Positions 1-10,863 of a DNA stretch of 44,821 nucleotides are shown in pieces. The position numbers were made by a program, and so were the translations under genes. How positions within the stretch are numbered: position 1 is the first letter of the stretch; each line of letters opens with the position of its first letter. The stretch lies in the sequence record SRR31156797_607, one strand, 5' to 3'. The notes under the pieces were generated by a model. It ran no database searches and was not told the DNA's origin. It was given only the letters and a program-made list of their open reading frames with translations.

Positions 1-30
1 CTCTTGTTTTATTGCATTTTCAATACTCAT
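1..30 (-). CDS. Possible 5' end of a gene running off the left edge (MSIENAIKQE...)
   Basis: ATG at 30-28 followed by 9 more sense codons to the window edge. Only 10 codons are visible, so no product can be assigned. Confidence 0.25.
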   Translation of the reverse strand, partial: MSIENAIKQE

Positions 31-72
31 GACGAATCTTTAATACACAATCCGGGTTAAACCTGTAACAAT

Positions 73-110
73 AAAAAAGCAGCAACTATGATTACACAGT
101 TGCTGCTTTT
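73..110 (-). terminator. Rho-independent terminator closing the left PUL (possibly bidirectional)
   Basis: AAAAGCAGCAACT (75-87) / AGTTGCTGCTTTT (98-110) inverted repeat with A/T tracts on both sides, just downstream of the GH2 stop at 137. Confidence 0.85.
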
Positions 111-136
111 CACTTTGAGAATTTTAAACTTGGAAC

Positions 137-2956
137 TTATTCTACTCTAATCTTTATTTCTTTTGTTTTCAGACCATCAGATGTTGCCTTTAGCACAATT
201 TCTCCTTCCTCTCCAGTAGCCTGAACGATGACTTGAGCCAAACCATTAAACAATTTTCGTTTGCTATTTTCCGCTTTGCTTATAATCTGAATCACACCCG
301 GTTTTTTATTAGGATTATCCCATTGATGCTTTGGCTTAAAAGGAACAGACAATACAACTATTTTATTTAAACCTGACTTTAAAAACTCCTTTTTGAGATT
401 AAAAGTCACATCTTTTACATTAGAATCAAAGCTTTCATTCAATTGTATTCCATTTAAGAAAACTAATTGATGCTCTCCTAAATGATTATAATACCAGGTA
501 AACAATTGCTCTGCGTTTGAGATACTATTTAAACTAAAAGATGTAGTTAAAATCTTAATCGAATCTTTAGATATTTCATTTAAAATATTCCTATCAATTT
601 CATTTAGAAAAGATTGTATATCTGCATCTGAGAAATCACCTATTTTTACTTCATCCAAAACAATCTGTTCATATTCATCTACAAATACTTCTTTTTCCAA
701 TGAAGTTGGATCGCCATTTCCCACTCCTATAATTTTTCCAGGCCCTTTAATTTCTAATTCGATTAATTGATTTGCCGTTGGAACATGATTTCCTTTTTTA
801 TCCAGCACTTCAACCGTTAACATAGCAACATCCTTTATTTTTGAATTCAGGCTAATTTTATTGCTTGAAATTTGAATCTGACTGGCTTTTTGTGCTGTTT
901 TTCTTTCGGATTGAAGGATGAGTTTACCTTTATTATAACCGTTCGCTTTTAATGTTCCTTTAACATATGGTACTTGCCAGGTAAGATGACCATTTTTCAT
1001 CATCTTTTTCCTTCCTAAGGCTTTTCCATTTAAAGATAATTCCACCTCTTCACAATTGCTATATACCCAAACATCTATGGTATCTCCCTCTTTTCCTTGC
1101 CAATCCCAATGTGGTAAAATATGCAAAACAGGATCATTCTGCCACCATGATTTGAGATAGAAAACATTATCCTTTGGAAATCCACATAAATCCATCATAC
1201 CAAAATAAGAAGTAACCGATGGCCAGTTATACGGTGTTGGTTCTCCCCTATAATCAAAACCGGTCCATATAAACATTCCTGACAAATAATCCCTTTCGCC
1301 ATAATGCTTCCAGCCTTCTTGTATAGTATACCAGCCTTCTCTTGGTTTTAAATCATAAGCAGGCTTATAATGCCTCGCGTCATCTTCAAAATAAATACCT
1401 CGTGTAGCAAAAGTCGATCCCTCTTCGGTTCCAATGCTTGGTTGATTCGGAAATTTTATGTGGTGTTCATCAGTATCTCCATGTATTAAATAATTAAAGC
1501 CCATAATTTCAACCGAATGCGAAGAACCATATCCCCATCCTCCACTAATGGCCACATTTACAGGTCGGGTTGGGTCAATTGTTTTTGCAAAATTCTGCAT
1601 TGTTTGAGTCATGCGAATTCCAATTATACTGCCTTCAATATCCCATTCTTCATTTCCAATTGACCAAACAATAACTGACGGATGATTACGATCCCTTTTT
1701 ATCAATCTTTCCAACTCATGTAATGCCTTTTCTGTTGTACCCATCAATCTATTCTCATTGATAACCAGAATTCCCATTTCATCACATAATGATAGCAGTT
1801 CCGGAGTTGGAGGATTATGAGAACTTCGTATGGCATTACTTCCGAAGTTTTTAAGCTGTTGCAGGCGCCAACGAATCAGCTCATCAGGCATGGCACATCC
1901 TACACCTGCATGATCCTGATGATTATTGGTTCCTTTTAATTTTACATGCTCTCCATTTAAAAAGAATCCTTTATTTGCATCAAAACGAATGCTTCGAATA
2001 CCAAATTTGGTTCCATATGAGTCTAACACTTCATTATTAACAACAACCTCGGTTATCATGGTATGTTGATAAGGATCCTCCAAAGACCACAAGTGCGGAT
2101 CTTTTAGTTTTAATACTTGTTCAGATAAACCTTTTTCTAAAGGGTCTAATTCCAGTAACTCACCAGAACATTCTGCTACAACTTTACTATCTGCATTTAA
2201 TATCTGTTGCCTTAAATAATACTGAGCGTTTGCATTTCCTCTGTTTTCTATTTCTGTTGCAATATTTACAATAACCTCTCCTTCTTTAATTTCTGTAGAA
2301 ATGAAAGTACCATTTTTAGGTACATGCAACGCCGGCGTTTTCCTCAACCACACATGACGATAAATACCTGCTCCTTCATAATACCATCCTTCTTCCATCG
2401 ATACATCAGCGCGCACAGCGACCACATTTTCACTATCATAATTTAAGATGTCGGTGATATTGTAGCTAAAACTCTGGTATCCGCTTGGTTCATTTCCTAA
2501 ATAATGACCGTTAACCCAAACCTTTGAATCTCTGGAAACGCCATCAAAGTCAAGAAATATCTGCTTTCCTATATCGGATTTGCTAATAGTAAATATTTTA
2601 CGATACCAACCAACTGAAACATCAGGAAATCCGGGTCCTACTGCTTTATAACCATGACTATGACTTCCCTTGGCATCAAATGGCATTTCAACAGCCCAAT
2701 CATGCGGTAAATTCAACTTTCTCCACGCCCTATGATCGAAGCTTATTGCAGCTGCGCCATCTGCACCATATCTGGCTTTAGCCAAATAAGTAAAATAACT
2801 GGTTCCGGTATTAAAATCTTTGGTTTTATCAAACGGATGCCCAAAAGTAAAATACCAGTTATCATCAAAGTTTATTTTTTCTCTAAGTGGTGTTTTTTGC
2901 GCAAAACTCTGAAATAAAAATGCACTTAATATTACAGCGATTACATACTTCATCAT
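137..2956 (-). CDS. GH2 beta-galactosidase, signal peptide
   Basis: LPHDWAVE, GWYRK, FDGV, LKGTNNHQD, NAIRSSHNPP, RDRNHPSVIVWSIGNEE (acid/base), GMFIWTGFDYRGEPTP, C-terminal GVGNGDP...FNGLAQVIVQ. Start overlaps the upstream stop (TAATG). Confidence 0.92.
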   Translation of the reverse strand: MMKYVIAVILSAFLFQSFAQKTPLREKINFDDNWYFTFGHPFDKTKDFNTGTSYFTYLAKARYGADGAAAISFDHRAWRKLNLPHDWAVEMPFDAKGSHSHGYKAVGPGFPDVSVGWYRKIFTISKSDIGKQIFLDFDGVSRDSKVWVNGHYLGNEPSGYQSFSYNITDILNYDSENVVAVRADVSMEEGWYYEGAGIYRHVWLRKTPALHVPKNGTFISTEIKEGEVIVNIATEIENRGNANAQYYLRQQILNADSKVVAECSGELLELDPLEKGLSEQVLKLKDPHLWSLEDPYQHTMITEVVVNNEVLDSYGTKFGIRSIRFDANKGFFLNGEHVKLKGTNNHQDHAGVGCAMPDELIRWRLQQLKNFGSNAIRSSHNPPTPELLSLCDEMGILVINENRLMGTTEKALHELERLIKRDRNHPSVIVWSIGNEEWDIEGSIIGIRMTQTMQNFAKTIDPTRPVNVAISGGWGYGSSHSVEIMGFNYLIHGDTDEHHIKFPNQPSIGTEEGSTFATRGIYFEDDARHYKPAYDLKPREGWYTIQEGWKHYGERDYLSGMFIWTGFDYRGEPTPYNWPSVTSYFGMMDLCGFPKDNVFYLKSWWQNDPVLHILPHWDWQGKEGDTIDVWVYSNCEEVELSLNGKALGRKKMMKNGHLTWQVPYVKGTLKANGYNKGKLILQSERKTAQKASQIQISSNKISLNSKIKDVAMLTVEVLDKKGNHVPTANQLIELEIKGPGKIIGVGNGDPTSLEKEVFVDEYEQIVLDEVKIGDFSDADIQSFLNEIDRNILNEISKDSIKILTTSFSLNSISNAEQLFTWYYNHLGEHQLVFLNGIQLNESFDSNVKDVTFNLKKEFLKSGLNKIVVLSVPFKPKHQWDNPNKKPGVIQIISKAENSKRKLFNGLAQVIVQATGEEGEIVLKATSDGLKTKEIKIRVE

Positions 2957-4359
2957 TACAAAGAATTTTTAAAATCACGCCACTCCAATGTTGTAAAACT
3001 GGATGCCGGTAAATTATTTTTATTAAACAAAGTGGATGAAGCTGTATTATTCCAGCCATAACGAATATATACCGGCTTTTTAACTTTAGTTGAAGATAAA
3101 ATGATTTGCTGACTCTTCATGCTGGCTTTAGCCTTGTACCATTTTAGATCCTCCCCAGCTATTTCGAACATTCCTATTTCATCCTCACTACAATGTAAAC
3201 CTTCAGCATTATCAAAAGAAACAATCACTTTATTTTTATCAACTACATGATCTTTATATAATGGTCCTGACACGCCATACTCCTTTAAACCATAAGTTTG
3301 ATTTAGTGCATGATGAGCAAATCTTTTTCCTGCTTCAATTTTCTTACGAGGATGAATATCGATAGTATCGCCAATATCACTTAAAATAACCATGGCTGAA
3401 TTAGGAATTGTTTTTAAAGCTCTTCGTTGTGCATCACGCACCTTCACTCCTGAATCGTCTTGATAGTGCATAAATGGAGCAATTTGTGCATAAATAAAAG
3501 AGAAATCACTGTTAAAACCTTCTCTCCAATTTTCCACTAAAGTTTCGAGCATAAGCGTATAGGCAAAGGCATTATCTACATTTGCTTCACCCTGATACCA
3601 TAGAGCACCTTTAATGTTAAACGGCATAATAGGAGCCAGCATGGCATTGTAAACATAACCAGGTTTGTTGGGAGCCCAAGGAAAAAATGGCACCCGATTG
3701 GCTGCATCATATAATTTAGTATCCGAAAGAATAACACTCTCCGGAATCCAGGTTTCAATAGGTGTTCCTCCCCAGTTTGAACTTATCAAACCTATAGGAA
3801 TATCAAGTTTAGTATTGATTTCTTCACCAAAAAAATAACCAATCGCACTAAAGCTTCGCATGGTTTCGGGCGTACATTTCACCCATTTTCCATCCACATC
3901 TATACATTTATAAGGTGATGTTTTCCAGGTAACATGAAATAAACGAATATCTTCATGATTCGCCTTCTTTGCGGCTTCATCTCCATTGATGATACCATGA
4001 TTAACCGACCATTCCATATTCGACTGACCGGAGCATAACCAAACATCTCCCATCAAAATATCCTGAATGGTCACTTTATTATAACCTTGAATGGTAATCT
4101 CATAAGGTCCTCCGGCTTCAGGTGTGTTTAATTTCACCTCCCAGTTTCCATTATTACTCACTACTGTTTTTAAGGTATCTGAACTCCATGAACTTTTTAC
4201 CGCAATATTTTCAAGCGGTTTTCCCCAGCCCCATAACTTTAATTCAGCATTTTGCTGCATTACCATATGATCTCCAAAAATAGCAGGTAATGATACGTTA
4301 GCATTGGCTATACTTGCACAAAAAGCCAATGCAATAATGATGTAATATTTCTTAAGCAT
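2956..4359 (-). CDS. SGNH sialate O-acetylesterase-like (SASA) carbohydrate acetylesterase
   Basis: LPAIFGDHMVMQQ, GDVWLCSGQSNM (catalytic Ser), WYQGEAN, DIHP (Asp-His), signal peptide. Confidence 0.9.
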   Translation of the reverse strand: MLKKYYIIIALAFCASIANANVSLPAIFGDHMVMQQNAELKLWGWGKPLENIAVKSSWSSDTLKTVVSNNGNWEVKLNTPEAGGPYEITIQGYNKVTIQDILMGDVWLCSGQSNMEWSVNHGIINGDEAAKKANHEDIRLFHVTWKTSPYKCIDVDGKWVKCTPETMRSFSAIGYFFGEEINTKLDIPIGLISSNWGGTPIETWIPESVILSDTKLYDAANRVPFFPWAPNKPGYVYNAMLAPIMPFNIKGALWYQGEANVDNAFAYTLMLETLVENWREGFNSDFSFIYAQIAPFMHYQDDSGVKVRDAQRRALKTIPNSAMVILSDIGDTIDIHPRKKIEAGKRFAHHALNQTYGLKEYGVSGPLYKDHVVDKNKVIVSFDNAEGLHCSEDEIGMFEIAGEDLKWYKAKASMKSQQIILSSTKVKKPVYIRYGWNNTASSTLFNKNNLPASSFTTLEWRDFKNSL

Positions 4360-4379
4360 AGATTATAAATTTTATAAAG

Positions 4380-4446
4380 CGAAAATATGGACTTCTTCAT
4401 AAACCAAGAGTCCTCATTTGTTTCAGGTAGATGATCAAATGTTAAT
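4380..4446 (-). promoter_or_regulatory. Internal promoter of the esterase-GH2 pair with tandem candidate HTCS sites
   Basis: Minus-strand TATTTTCG (4387-4380), a one-mismatch TAnnTTTG. Upstream imperfect direct repeats ATTAACATTTGATC and TGAAACAAATGAGG with a 21-bp period. Confidence 0.6.
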
Positions 4447-4497
4447 CAACCAGAAAATAGTTGTATGAATATTAATAACAAAGGCTAATTTTTAATT

Positions 4498-7400
4498 TTA
4501 AAGCTCATGTTTTTTCATATAAGCAGTTGGTAACATACCATATTCTTCCTTAAAGTATTTACTAAAATAACGAGGACTATTAAAACCAACTTCATATGCA
4601 ACTTCTGAAACATTCATTTGACTTTTTTCCAGTAATTGTGCACCTCTTTTCAACCGGATGATTCGTATAAATTCAATTGGTGTTTTACCGGTAATGGCCA
4701 ATAGTTTCTTATACAGATATACACGGCTCATCCCCAAACTCTTGCTTAAATCTTCAACTGTAAAACCAGATTCTGCTATGTTCTTTTCTACTGTGGCAAC
4801 TGCTTTTTTAATCAATTTTTCATCCATGGAAGTGATTTGAACTTCGCTTGGATTAATCTCCACCGTTTTTTGAAATTGTTGTTGAAATTTAGATCTCTTC
4901 TCTAATAACTTATCTACTCGCAACAATAACAAATCCATATTAAAAGGCTTGGTAATATAATCATCAGCTCCAATTTCCAACCCTTTAATTTTATCCTCAT
5001 CTGCTGTACGAGCCGTAAGTAATATTATCGGAATATGCGAGGTTCGAATATCCTTACGCAACATCTCACACAACTCCAATCCATCTACTTCGGGCATCAT
5101 TACATCACTAATTATTAAATCCGGATGAACCTGATGAACTTTATCGTAAGCAACTTTTCCATCCGGAGCCTCATGAATAGTAAATTTATCAGAAAGGGCA
5201 TCTTGCATAAATGATCTAAAATCCACATTATCTTCAACCAATAAAATGACCGGTTTTTTATCATTTGAAGCAACCTCGACTATAGCTTCATTATCATTCT
5301 CATTAACGGATAACTGTATGTCTTCAGTTCCAAGTTCTTCTTCAACCTCTATTGGAAGATTAACAATAAATTTAGAGCCCTTTCCGAAAGTACTTTCAAC
5401 GTTTAGTGTACCATTATGTAGTTGAACCATTTCACGAGCCAGGTTTAATCCAATGCCACTACCCGACAATCCCATCTTTTTATTGTTTTCGGATTGATAA
5501 AAACGAACAAAGATTTTATCCAAATCTTCATCCTTGATGCCAATACCTGTATCTTCTACAGTTATCTCCACATACTTCGACTCTTCATCAATATTAAGCA
5601 TAATGATTACATGACCTTTTTCGGGTGTAAACTTTAATGCATTCGACAACAAGTTCATAATTACCTTCTGTAACTTCTCTTTATCAAAGTGAAAAAGAAA
5701 ACGATCCTTTTGGTGAATAAAAGAGTATTGAATATTCTTCTTTTTAAAGGCATCACTAAAGTTTTCTATCACCTCATTTAAAAAAGCTACAATATTCCCA
5801 TGCGACGGGTTATAGCGTAAACCATGTAACTCCAGTTTTCTAAAATCTAATAGCTGATTTACCAGTTCAAGTAATTGCTTGGCATTTTTATCAATGGTTT
5901 CCAATAGCTTTTTATCGGAAGTCGATTTTACTTGTTTGAGCAGTTTATCTAATGGTGTCAGAATTAAAGTTAATGGTGTTCTAAACTCATGACTCACATT
6001 TGTTAGAAACCTTAATTTCATTTCATCCATTTCATGGTTTCTTCGGGTTTGAATTTGCTCTTGTTCCATGGCAAACTTCAAACGCTCTTTTCGCAACATT
6101 GTATATCTCAAATAGATAACCAATAGTAAAATAATAAAACCATAAATAAAGTAAGCTAGCTTAGTTGCATAAAAGGGTGGTAAAACTTTAAGGTGAAGTT
6201 CTGCATATTCTTCATTCCATAATCCATCATTATTGGCTGCCTTAACCTGAAAATAATAATCTCCAGCATTTAGATTAGTATAGGTTACACTATTTCGGTT
6301 ATCCTCCAGTGTAATCCAATCATCATTAAATCCTTTTAAACGATACTGATATTTTATTTTACTCGGAATAAAAAAATCTAAAGCTGTAAATCCAATTGTA
6401 AACACGTTCATGCTGTGCTTTAGCTCTACATCACGAGTGGAAACAATCGATTTTTTTAGCAATTCAAAACTACCTATTTCATCATCCGGTAATATGGTTT
6501 GATTGTAAACCTGTAAATCGGTAAACACAACCTGAGGTAAGACCTTGTTATATTTTACATCTTTGGCTTCGAACAGGTTAAATCCATTAGGACCTCCAAA
6601 TATCAATTCATTTTTTGAAGTTTTTATACTGGCATTAGTATTAAACTCCTTCCCCTGAAGTCCATCTTCTTCTGTGTAATCAAACACCTTAAATTGGTAA
6701 TTATCATCAGGAATTGACTTACTAACAACCAATTGACTAAGTCCCGTTGATTTACTGACCCAAATAGATTGAAACTCATCTTCTTCAATTCGATTAATAA
6801 CATCTTCCGCTAAACCATCCTCTGCTCTGAAGTACTTAATAAACTCAGAATTCAGATCCAACACTATCAATCCTTCACGTGTAGCTACCCACAATAAACC
6901 TCTTGAATCTTCAAAAACCGCATTCACTGTTTTTTCACTAATTGGATAGGGTTCCTTTTTATTTATGTTAGGATGATACTTATAACGTTTTTCTTTAACA
7001 TTGTAAAAAACGACTCCAGTAGCTGTTGCGATAAACATATTACCATCAGAAAGTCGATATATCTGATTTACAAATTGTGTCGGTAAATTAATATTACCTG
7101 CATTAGGAAGTTTTTTAAATGAATCGGTATTCGAATCATAGATAACAATTCCTCCTCCAAGCGTACCTATCCACAGATTGTTATGATCATCTTCTGTAAT
7201 TGACCAGATATTATTATTAGGTATACAATTCGGTTTTTCCCCTTCTTTAAATCTTTTAAATCTTTTACCATCAAAGCGATTCAGGCCTCCTGTAAATGTT
7301 CCAATCCAAAGAATATCTTTACTATCTACATACAAACTTACAACAACATTGTTACTTAATGAGTTTGAATTATTTGGATTATGTTTATACGTTGTATATT

Positions 7401-8580
7401 TATTTTGATTACGATCAAAATATATTAAACCGCCTCCATTGGTTCCAATCCATAAATTACCCTTTTTATCTTCTGCAAAACAATTCACATCGCTATACGG
7501 AATACTATTAGGATCGGATAATAAATGCCTGAAATGAGGAAATTTATGTATACTCTCGTGGTAATAACTAACGCCATTTTTAAATGTTCCAACCCAAATG
7601 ATGTTTTTATCATCAATGTAAAGCTCAGTTATAGAATTTTGCGCAATACTCTTATCATTATCGGGCTGATGGTAAATTGTTTGTACTTCGTTGGAGAATT
7701 TATTGATAATATCTACACCACCATGGTCGGTTCCTATCCAAATATTAGACTTATCATCCTGAATAACCTGATTAATAATTTTGCTTGATAAACGTATTTT
7801 ACCTTCATCATCGCTATATTTTTCCCACTTTTTTAATCTATTCTTATAATGATACAGTCCCTGGTTATTTCCAAAAAACCACATATCTTTTTCTGCATCC
7901 ACAAACAACTGCGTATTTAAACTGTCATTACCCATCTTATTTGACAAATAATTATCCTCAAAAACGAGTTGATAATTTTTATCATCAAAACACTGAATTA
8001 ATCCATTACTGAATAGATAATAGTAATTACCCTGAGAATGAAAAAAGCTAACTACTGAATGATCTTTAGTAACATTTCCTTTGATAGCCAGATTATAATC
8101 TTTGGTATCCTGATTTTGCTTTTTAAAGAAGTTTTGATCTGACTCCTTGATCCACAAATTTTTGTAGGCATCGAAATAAACTTGCTGAATATTTATACTT
8201 TGCCCTTTAATTCCCAGATAACTGGTAATATCTTTATCAAACCTCTCTTTATTTACATCATAAACAATATAGCTGGAACGGGTTTCTATCCACAAATTAT
8301 GTTTTGCATCTTCCTGAATAGATACGATATAATTATCAATAATAGATTTAGGATCAGAAGAATTGTGTTTATAGTTTACGTAAGATTCTCCATCAAAACG
8401 GCTTAATCCGGCGGTTGTCCCAATCCATACAAAACCTCTGGAATCTTTATAAATACAGGTTATTTGATTATTGACCAACCCTTTAGCACTATTAACCTGC
8501 AAGAAAAAATACTGTTTTTCTATTGCAGACAGGCTTGACAAAAACCACAAAAAAAACAATAAAGTAATAATCCTGTACAT
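4498..8580 (-). CDS. Hybrid two-component system regulator (beta-propeller sensor, Y_Y_Y, TM, HisKA, HATPase, REC, AraC HTH)
   Basis: Repeated D..G.LWIGT.GG blades, YTNLNAGDYYFQV, NVSHEFRTPLT, MNLLSNALKFT, GSGIGL, ISDVMMP, AYEVGFNSPRYFSKYFK. Confidence 0.95.
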   Translation of the reverse strand: MYRIITLLFFLWFLSSLSAIEKQYFFLQVNSAKGLVNNQITCIYKDSRGFVWIGTTAGLSRFDGESYVNYKHNSSDPKSIIDNYIVSIQEDAKHNLWIETRSSYIVYDVNKERFDKDITSYLGIKGQSINIQQVYFDAYKNLWIKESDQNFFKKQNQDTKDYNLAIKGNVTKDHSVVSFFHSQGNYYYLFSNGLIQCFDDKNYQLVFEDNYLSNKMGNDSLNTQLFVDAEKDMWFFGNNQGLYHYKNRLKKWEKYSDDEGKIRLSSKIINQVIQDDKSNIWIGTDHGGVDIINKFSNEVQTIYHQPDNDKSIAQNSITELYIDDKNIIWVGTFKNGVSYYHESIHKFPHFRHLLSDPNSIPYSDVNCFAEDKKGNLWIGTNGGGLIYFDRNQNKYTTYKHNPNNSNSLSNNVVVSLYVDSKDILWIGTFTGGLNRFDGKRFKRFKEGEKPNCIPNNNIWSITEDDHNNLWIGTLGGGIVIYDSNTDSFKKLPNAGNINLPTQFVNQIYRLSDGNMFIATATGVVFYNVKEKRYKYHPNINKKEPYPISEKTVNAVFEDSRGLLWVATREGLIVLDLNSEFIKYFRAEDGLAEDVINRIEEDEFQSIWVSKSTGLSQLVVSKSIPDDNYQFKVFDYTEEDGLQGKEFNTNASIKTSKNELIFGGPNGFNLFEAKDVKYNKVLPQVVFTDLQVYNQTILPDDEIGSFELLKKSIVSTRDVELKHSMNVFTIGFTALDFFIPSKIKYQYRLKGFNDDWITLEDNRNSVTYTNLNAGDYYFQVKAANNDGLWNEEYAELHLKVLPPFYATKLAYFIYGFIILLLVIYLRYTMLRKERLKFAMEQEQIQTRRNHEMDEMKLRFLTNVSHEFRTPLTLILTPLDKLLKQVKSTSDKKLLETIDKNAKQLLELVNQLLDFRKLELHGLRYNPSHGNIVAFLNEVIENFSDAFKKKNIQYSFIHQKDRFLFHFDKEKLQKVIMNLLSNALKFTPEKGHVIIMLNIDEESKYVEITVEDTGIGIKDEDLDKIFVRFYQSENNKKMGLSGSGIGLNLAREMVQLHNGTLNVESTFGKGSKFIVNLPIEVEEELGTEDIQLSVNENDNEAIVEVASNDKKPVILLVEDNVDFRSFMQDALSDKFTIHEAPDGKVAYDKVHQVHPDLIISDVMMPEVDGLELCEMLRKDIRTSHIPIILLTARTADEDKIKGLEIGADDYITKPFNMDLLLLRVDKLLEKRSKFQQQFQKTVEINPSEVQITSMDEKLIKKAVATVEKNIAESGFTVEDLSKSLGMSRVYLYKKLLAITGKTPIEFIRIIRLKRGAQLLEKSQMNVSEVAYEVGFNSPRYFSKYFKEEYGMLPTAYMKKHEL

Positions 8581-8603
8581 ATCTTTCTTTCTTTAATAAA
8601 TAA

Positions 8604-8622
8604 GGGATGGTATAACCATCCC
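8604..8622 (-). terminator. Short hairpin / weak terminator between GH3 and HTCS
   Basis: GGGATGGT-ATA-ACCATCCC, followed on the minus strand by TTATTTATT. Confidence 0.5.
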
Positions 8623-8630
8623 CTAAACTA

Positions 8631-10808
8631 CTATTTTATATTAATTTTTTCTGTTTGAATAATCTGGTTGGAAGCATTACCCACATAAATCATATAACTA
8701 CCCGGTTCTAAATCCCATTTAGAATCCGTTTCATTATAATAAGCCAATTTTGAAACAGGAATACTAATTAAAACCTCCTTAGATTCTCCTGCCTTCAAAT
8801 ACACCTTTTGAAAACCTTTAAACTCTTTAAGTGCTCTTTTTACTTTCGATTTTGGCTTACCCACATATACCTGAAGCACCTCTGCTCCATCTAAATTACC
8901 AGTATTGTTCACTGTACATTTTACTTTTATAACATCATCTGCGGTATAGCTCTTTTTATCTAATGAAATATTATTAAAAGAAAAAGAAGTGTACGACAAA
9001 CCATATCCAAAGGCAAATAAAGGATCTATTTTTTTAGTATCGTGCCATCTATACCCAACTAAAATATCCTCTTTATAATATTGATCAATACTATCGCCGG
9101 GATAAGATAGTTCTCCAAAATGATGTGCTGCATTATCTTTTAGCTTAACGGGATAAGAGTAAGGTAATTTTCCGGATGGATTAATATCTCCCGAAAGTAT
9201 ATCCGCTAAGGCATTACCCGCTTCGCTACCATTATACCATGATTGAACCAGACCTTTAACTTTGCCAAGCCAAGGCATTTCAACCGCATTTCCACTGACT
9301 AAAATAACTCCCACATTTGCATTTGCTTCGATCAATTTTGACAGCAAGGCATTTTGGTTAAAAGGCAACTCAAAATGTTTTCTATCACCTCCTTCACAGT
9401 CCTGATAATGATTCTTATTTAATCCACCTACAAACAGCACCAAATCAGCTTGAGCTGCCAAGTTTACTGCTTCTTTAAACAAAGAATCAGCATCTAATTT
9501 TGATGGAATTTCTTTTCCATAGGCAGAAGGACCCGATGCATAACCTAAAGAGTGTACTATTTTAGCATTTGAAAAACGTTTTTTAATTCCTTCGAGCGGA
9601 GATATTTCATATTTTGCTTTTAACTCAGAAGATCCTCCTCCTACAGTCATGGAGCGTACGGCGTTTTCGCCAATTACTGCTATTGTTAAATTCTCTTCGG
9701 TACTTATAGGAAAGAAATTATTTTCATTCTTTAATAAAACAATTCCATCAGCTGCAATTTTTCTGGCAACATCGGTATGCTCCTGATTATTCATTCTTCC
9801 AAAAGGTTTATCAGAATTCATATTAGTTCGGAACATTAAACGTAGAATTCGACGTACTTTATCATCAACAACAGCCTCTTCCAACTCACCTTCCTTGAGC
9901 ATTTTAAGAAATGGATTTGCTAAAAAATAATCATCATAAGCAAATTTTTGAGAGGCAGTTAAACCGTTCGTCCAGGTACCCATTTCAATATCCAAACCAT
10001 TTAAAGCTGCTTCTTTAGTATCATGAGTTCCACCCCAATCGGTAATTACCACTCCATCAAATTCCCAATCCTGCTTAAGTATTTTATTTAAAAGTATATC
10101 ATTATGACAACAGTGCTGTCCTCTGAATTGGTTGTAAGCTCCCATTATAGACCAAACGCCAGCTTCTTTTACCGAAGCTTTAAATGCAGGTAAATAGATT
10201 TCATATAAAGCTCTGTCGCTGACGTTAACATTGATATGCCCTCTCCATTCTTCCTGATTATTCAAGGCATAATGCTTAACACACGCTGCTACTCCATTTT
10301 GCTGCACGCCTTTAATGTAAGGCACCACCATTACTGAAGCTAAAAATGGATCTTCGCCCATATATTCAAAGTTTCTTCCGTTTAATGGTGTGCGATAAAT
10401 GTTCACTCCGGGACCTAATAAAACGTCCTTTTTTCGGTAACGTGCTTCCTCTCCTATGGCAACGCCATATTCGTAGGATAATTCAGGATTAAACGTAGCA
10501 GCCAAACACGTCAATGCAGGAAATGCTGTTATAGAATCGTTAGTCCAGTTGGCATAACCCCAATCGTCCCAATTTATTTCACCTCTTACTCCGTGTGGTC
10601 CATCAGACATCCATAGTTCGGGTATTCCAAGCCTAGGAACACCTGCCGAGCTAAATTTAGATTGCGCATGGCACATGGCCACTTTTTCCTCCAGGCTTAA
10701 CTGTGAGATAATTTCATCAATCTTTTTTTCTATATTTTCATCTTTCTGGGCATGCACACTTGTCATCATTGTCACCGATATTATCCAATATATCCAAATT
10801 CGTTTCAT
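8631..10808 (-). CDS. GH3 beta-glucosidase with C-terminal Fn3-like domain
   Basis: SDGPHGVR, GRNFEYMGEDP, CVKHYALNNQE, VITDWG (nucleophile Asp), PSGKLP, FGYGLSYTSF, GAEVLQVY. Confidence 0.93.
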   Translation of the reverse strand: MKRIWIYWIISVTMMTSVHAQKDENIEKKIDEIISQLSLEEKVAMCHAQSKFSSAGVPRLGIPELWMSDGPHGVRGEINWDDWGYANWTNDSITAFPALTCLAATFNPELSYEYGVAIGEEARYRKKDVLLGPGVNIYRTPLNGRNFEYMGEDPFLASVMVVPYIKGVQQNGVAACVKHYALNNQEEWRGHINVNVSDRALYEIYLPAFKASVKEAGVWSIMGAYNQFRGQHCCHNDILLNKILKQDWEFDGVVITDWGGTHDTKEAALNGLDIEMGTWTNGLTASQKFAYDDYFLANPFLKMLKEGELEEAVVDDKVRRILRLMFRTNMNSDKPFGRMNNQEHTDVARKIAADGIVLLKNENNFFPISTEENLTIAVIGENAVRSMTVGGGSSELKAKYEISPLEGIKKRFSNAKIVHSLGYASGPSAYGKEIPSKLDADSLFKEAVNLAAQADLVLFVGGLNKNHYQDCEGGDRKHFELPFNQNALLSKLIEANANVGVILVSGNAVEMPWLGKVKGLVQSWYNGSEAGNALADILSGDINPSGKLPYSYPVKLKDNAAHHFGELSYPGDSIDQYYKEDILVGYRWHDTKKIDPLFAFGYGLSYTSFSFNNISLDKKSYTADDVIKVKCTVNNTGNLDGAEVLQVYVGKPKSKVKRALKEFKGFQKVYLKAGESKEVLISIPVSKLAYYNETDSKWDLEPGSYMIYVGNASNQIIQTEKINIK

Positions 10809-10863
10809 CGTTATATTCTTCTTTTATTTTATGCCAATTAACTTAAATCTATCCTTTACAACC

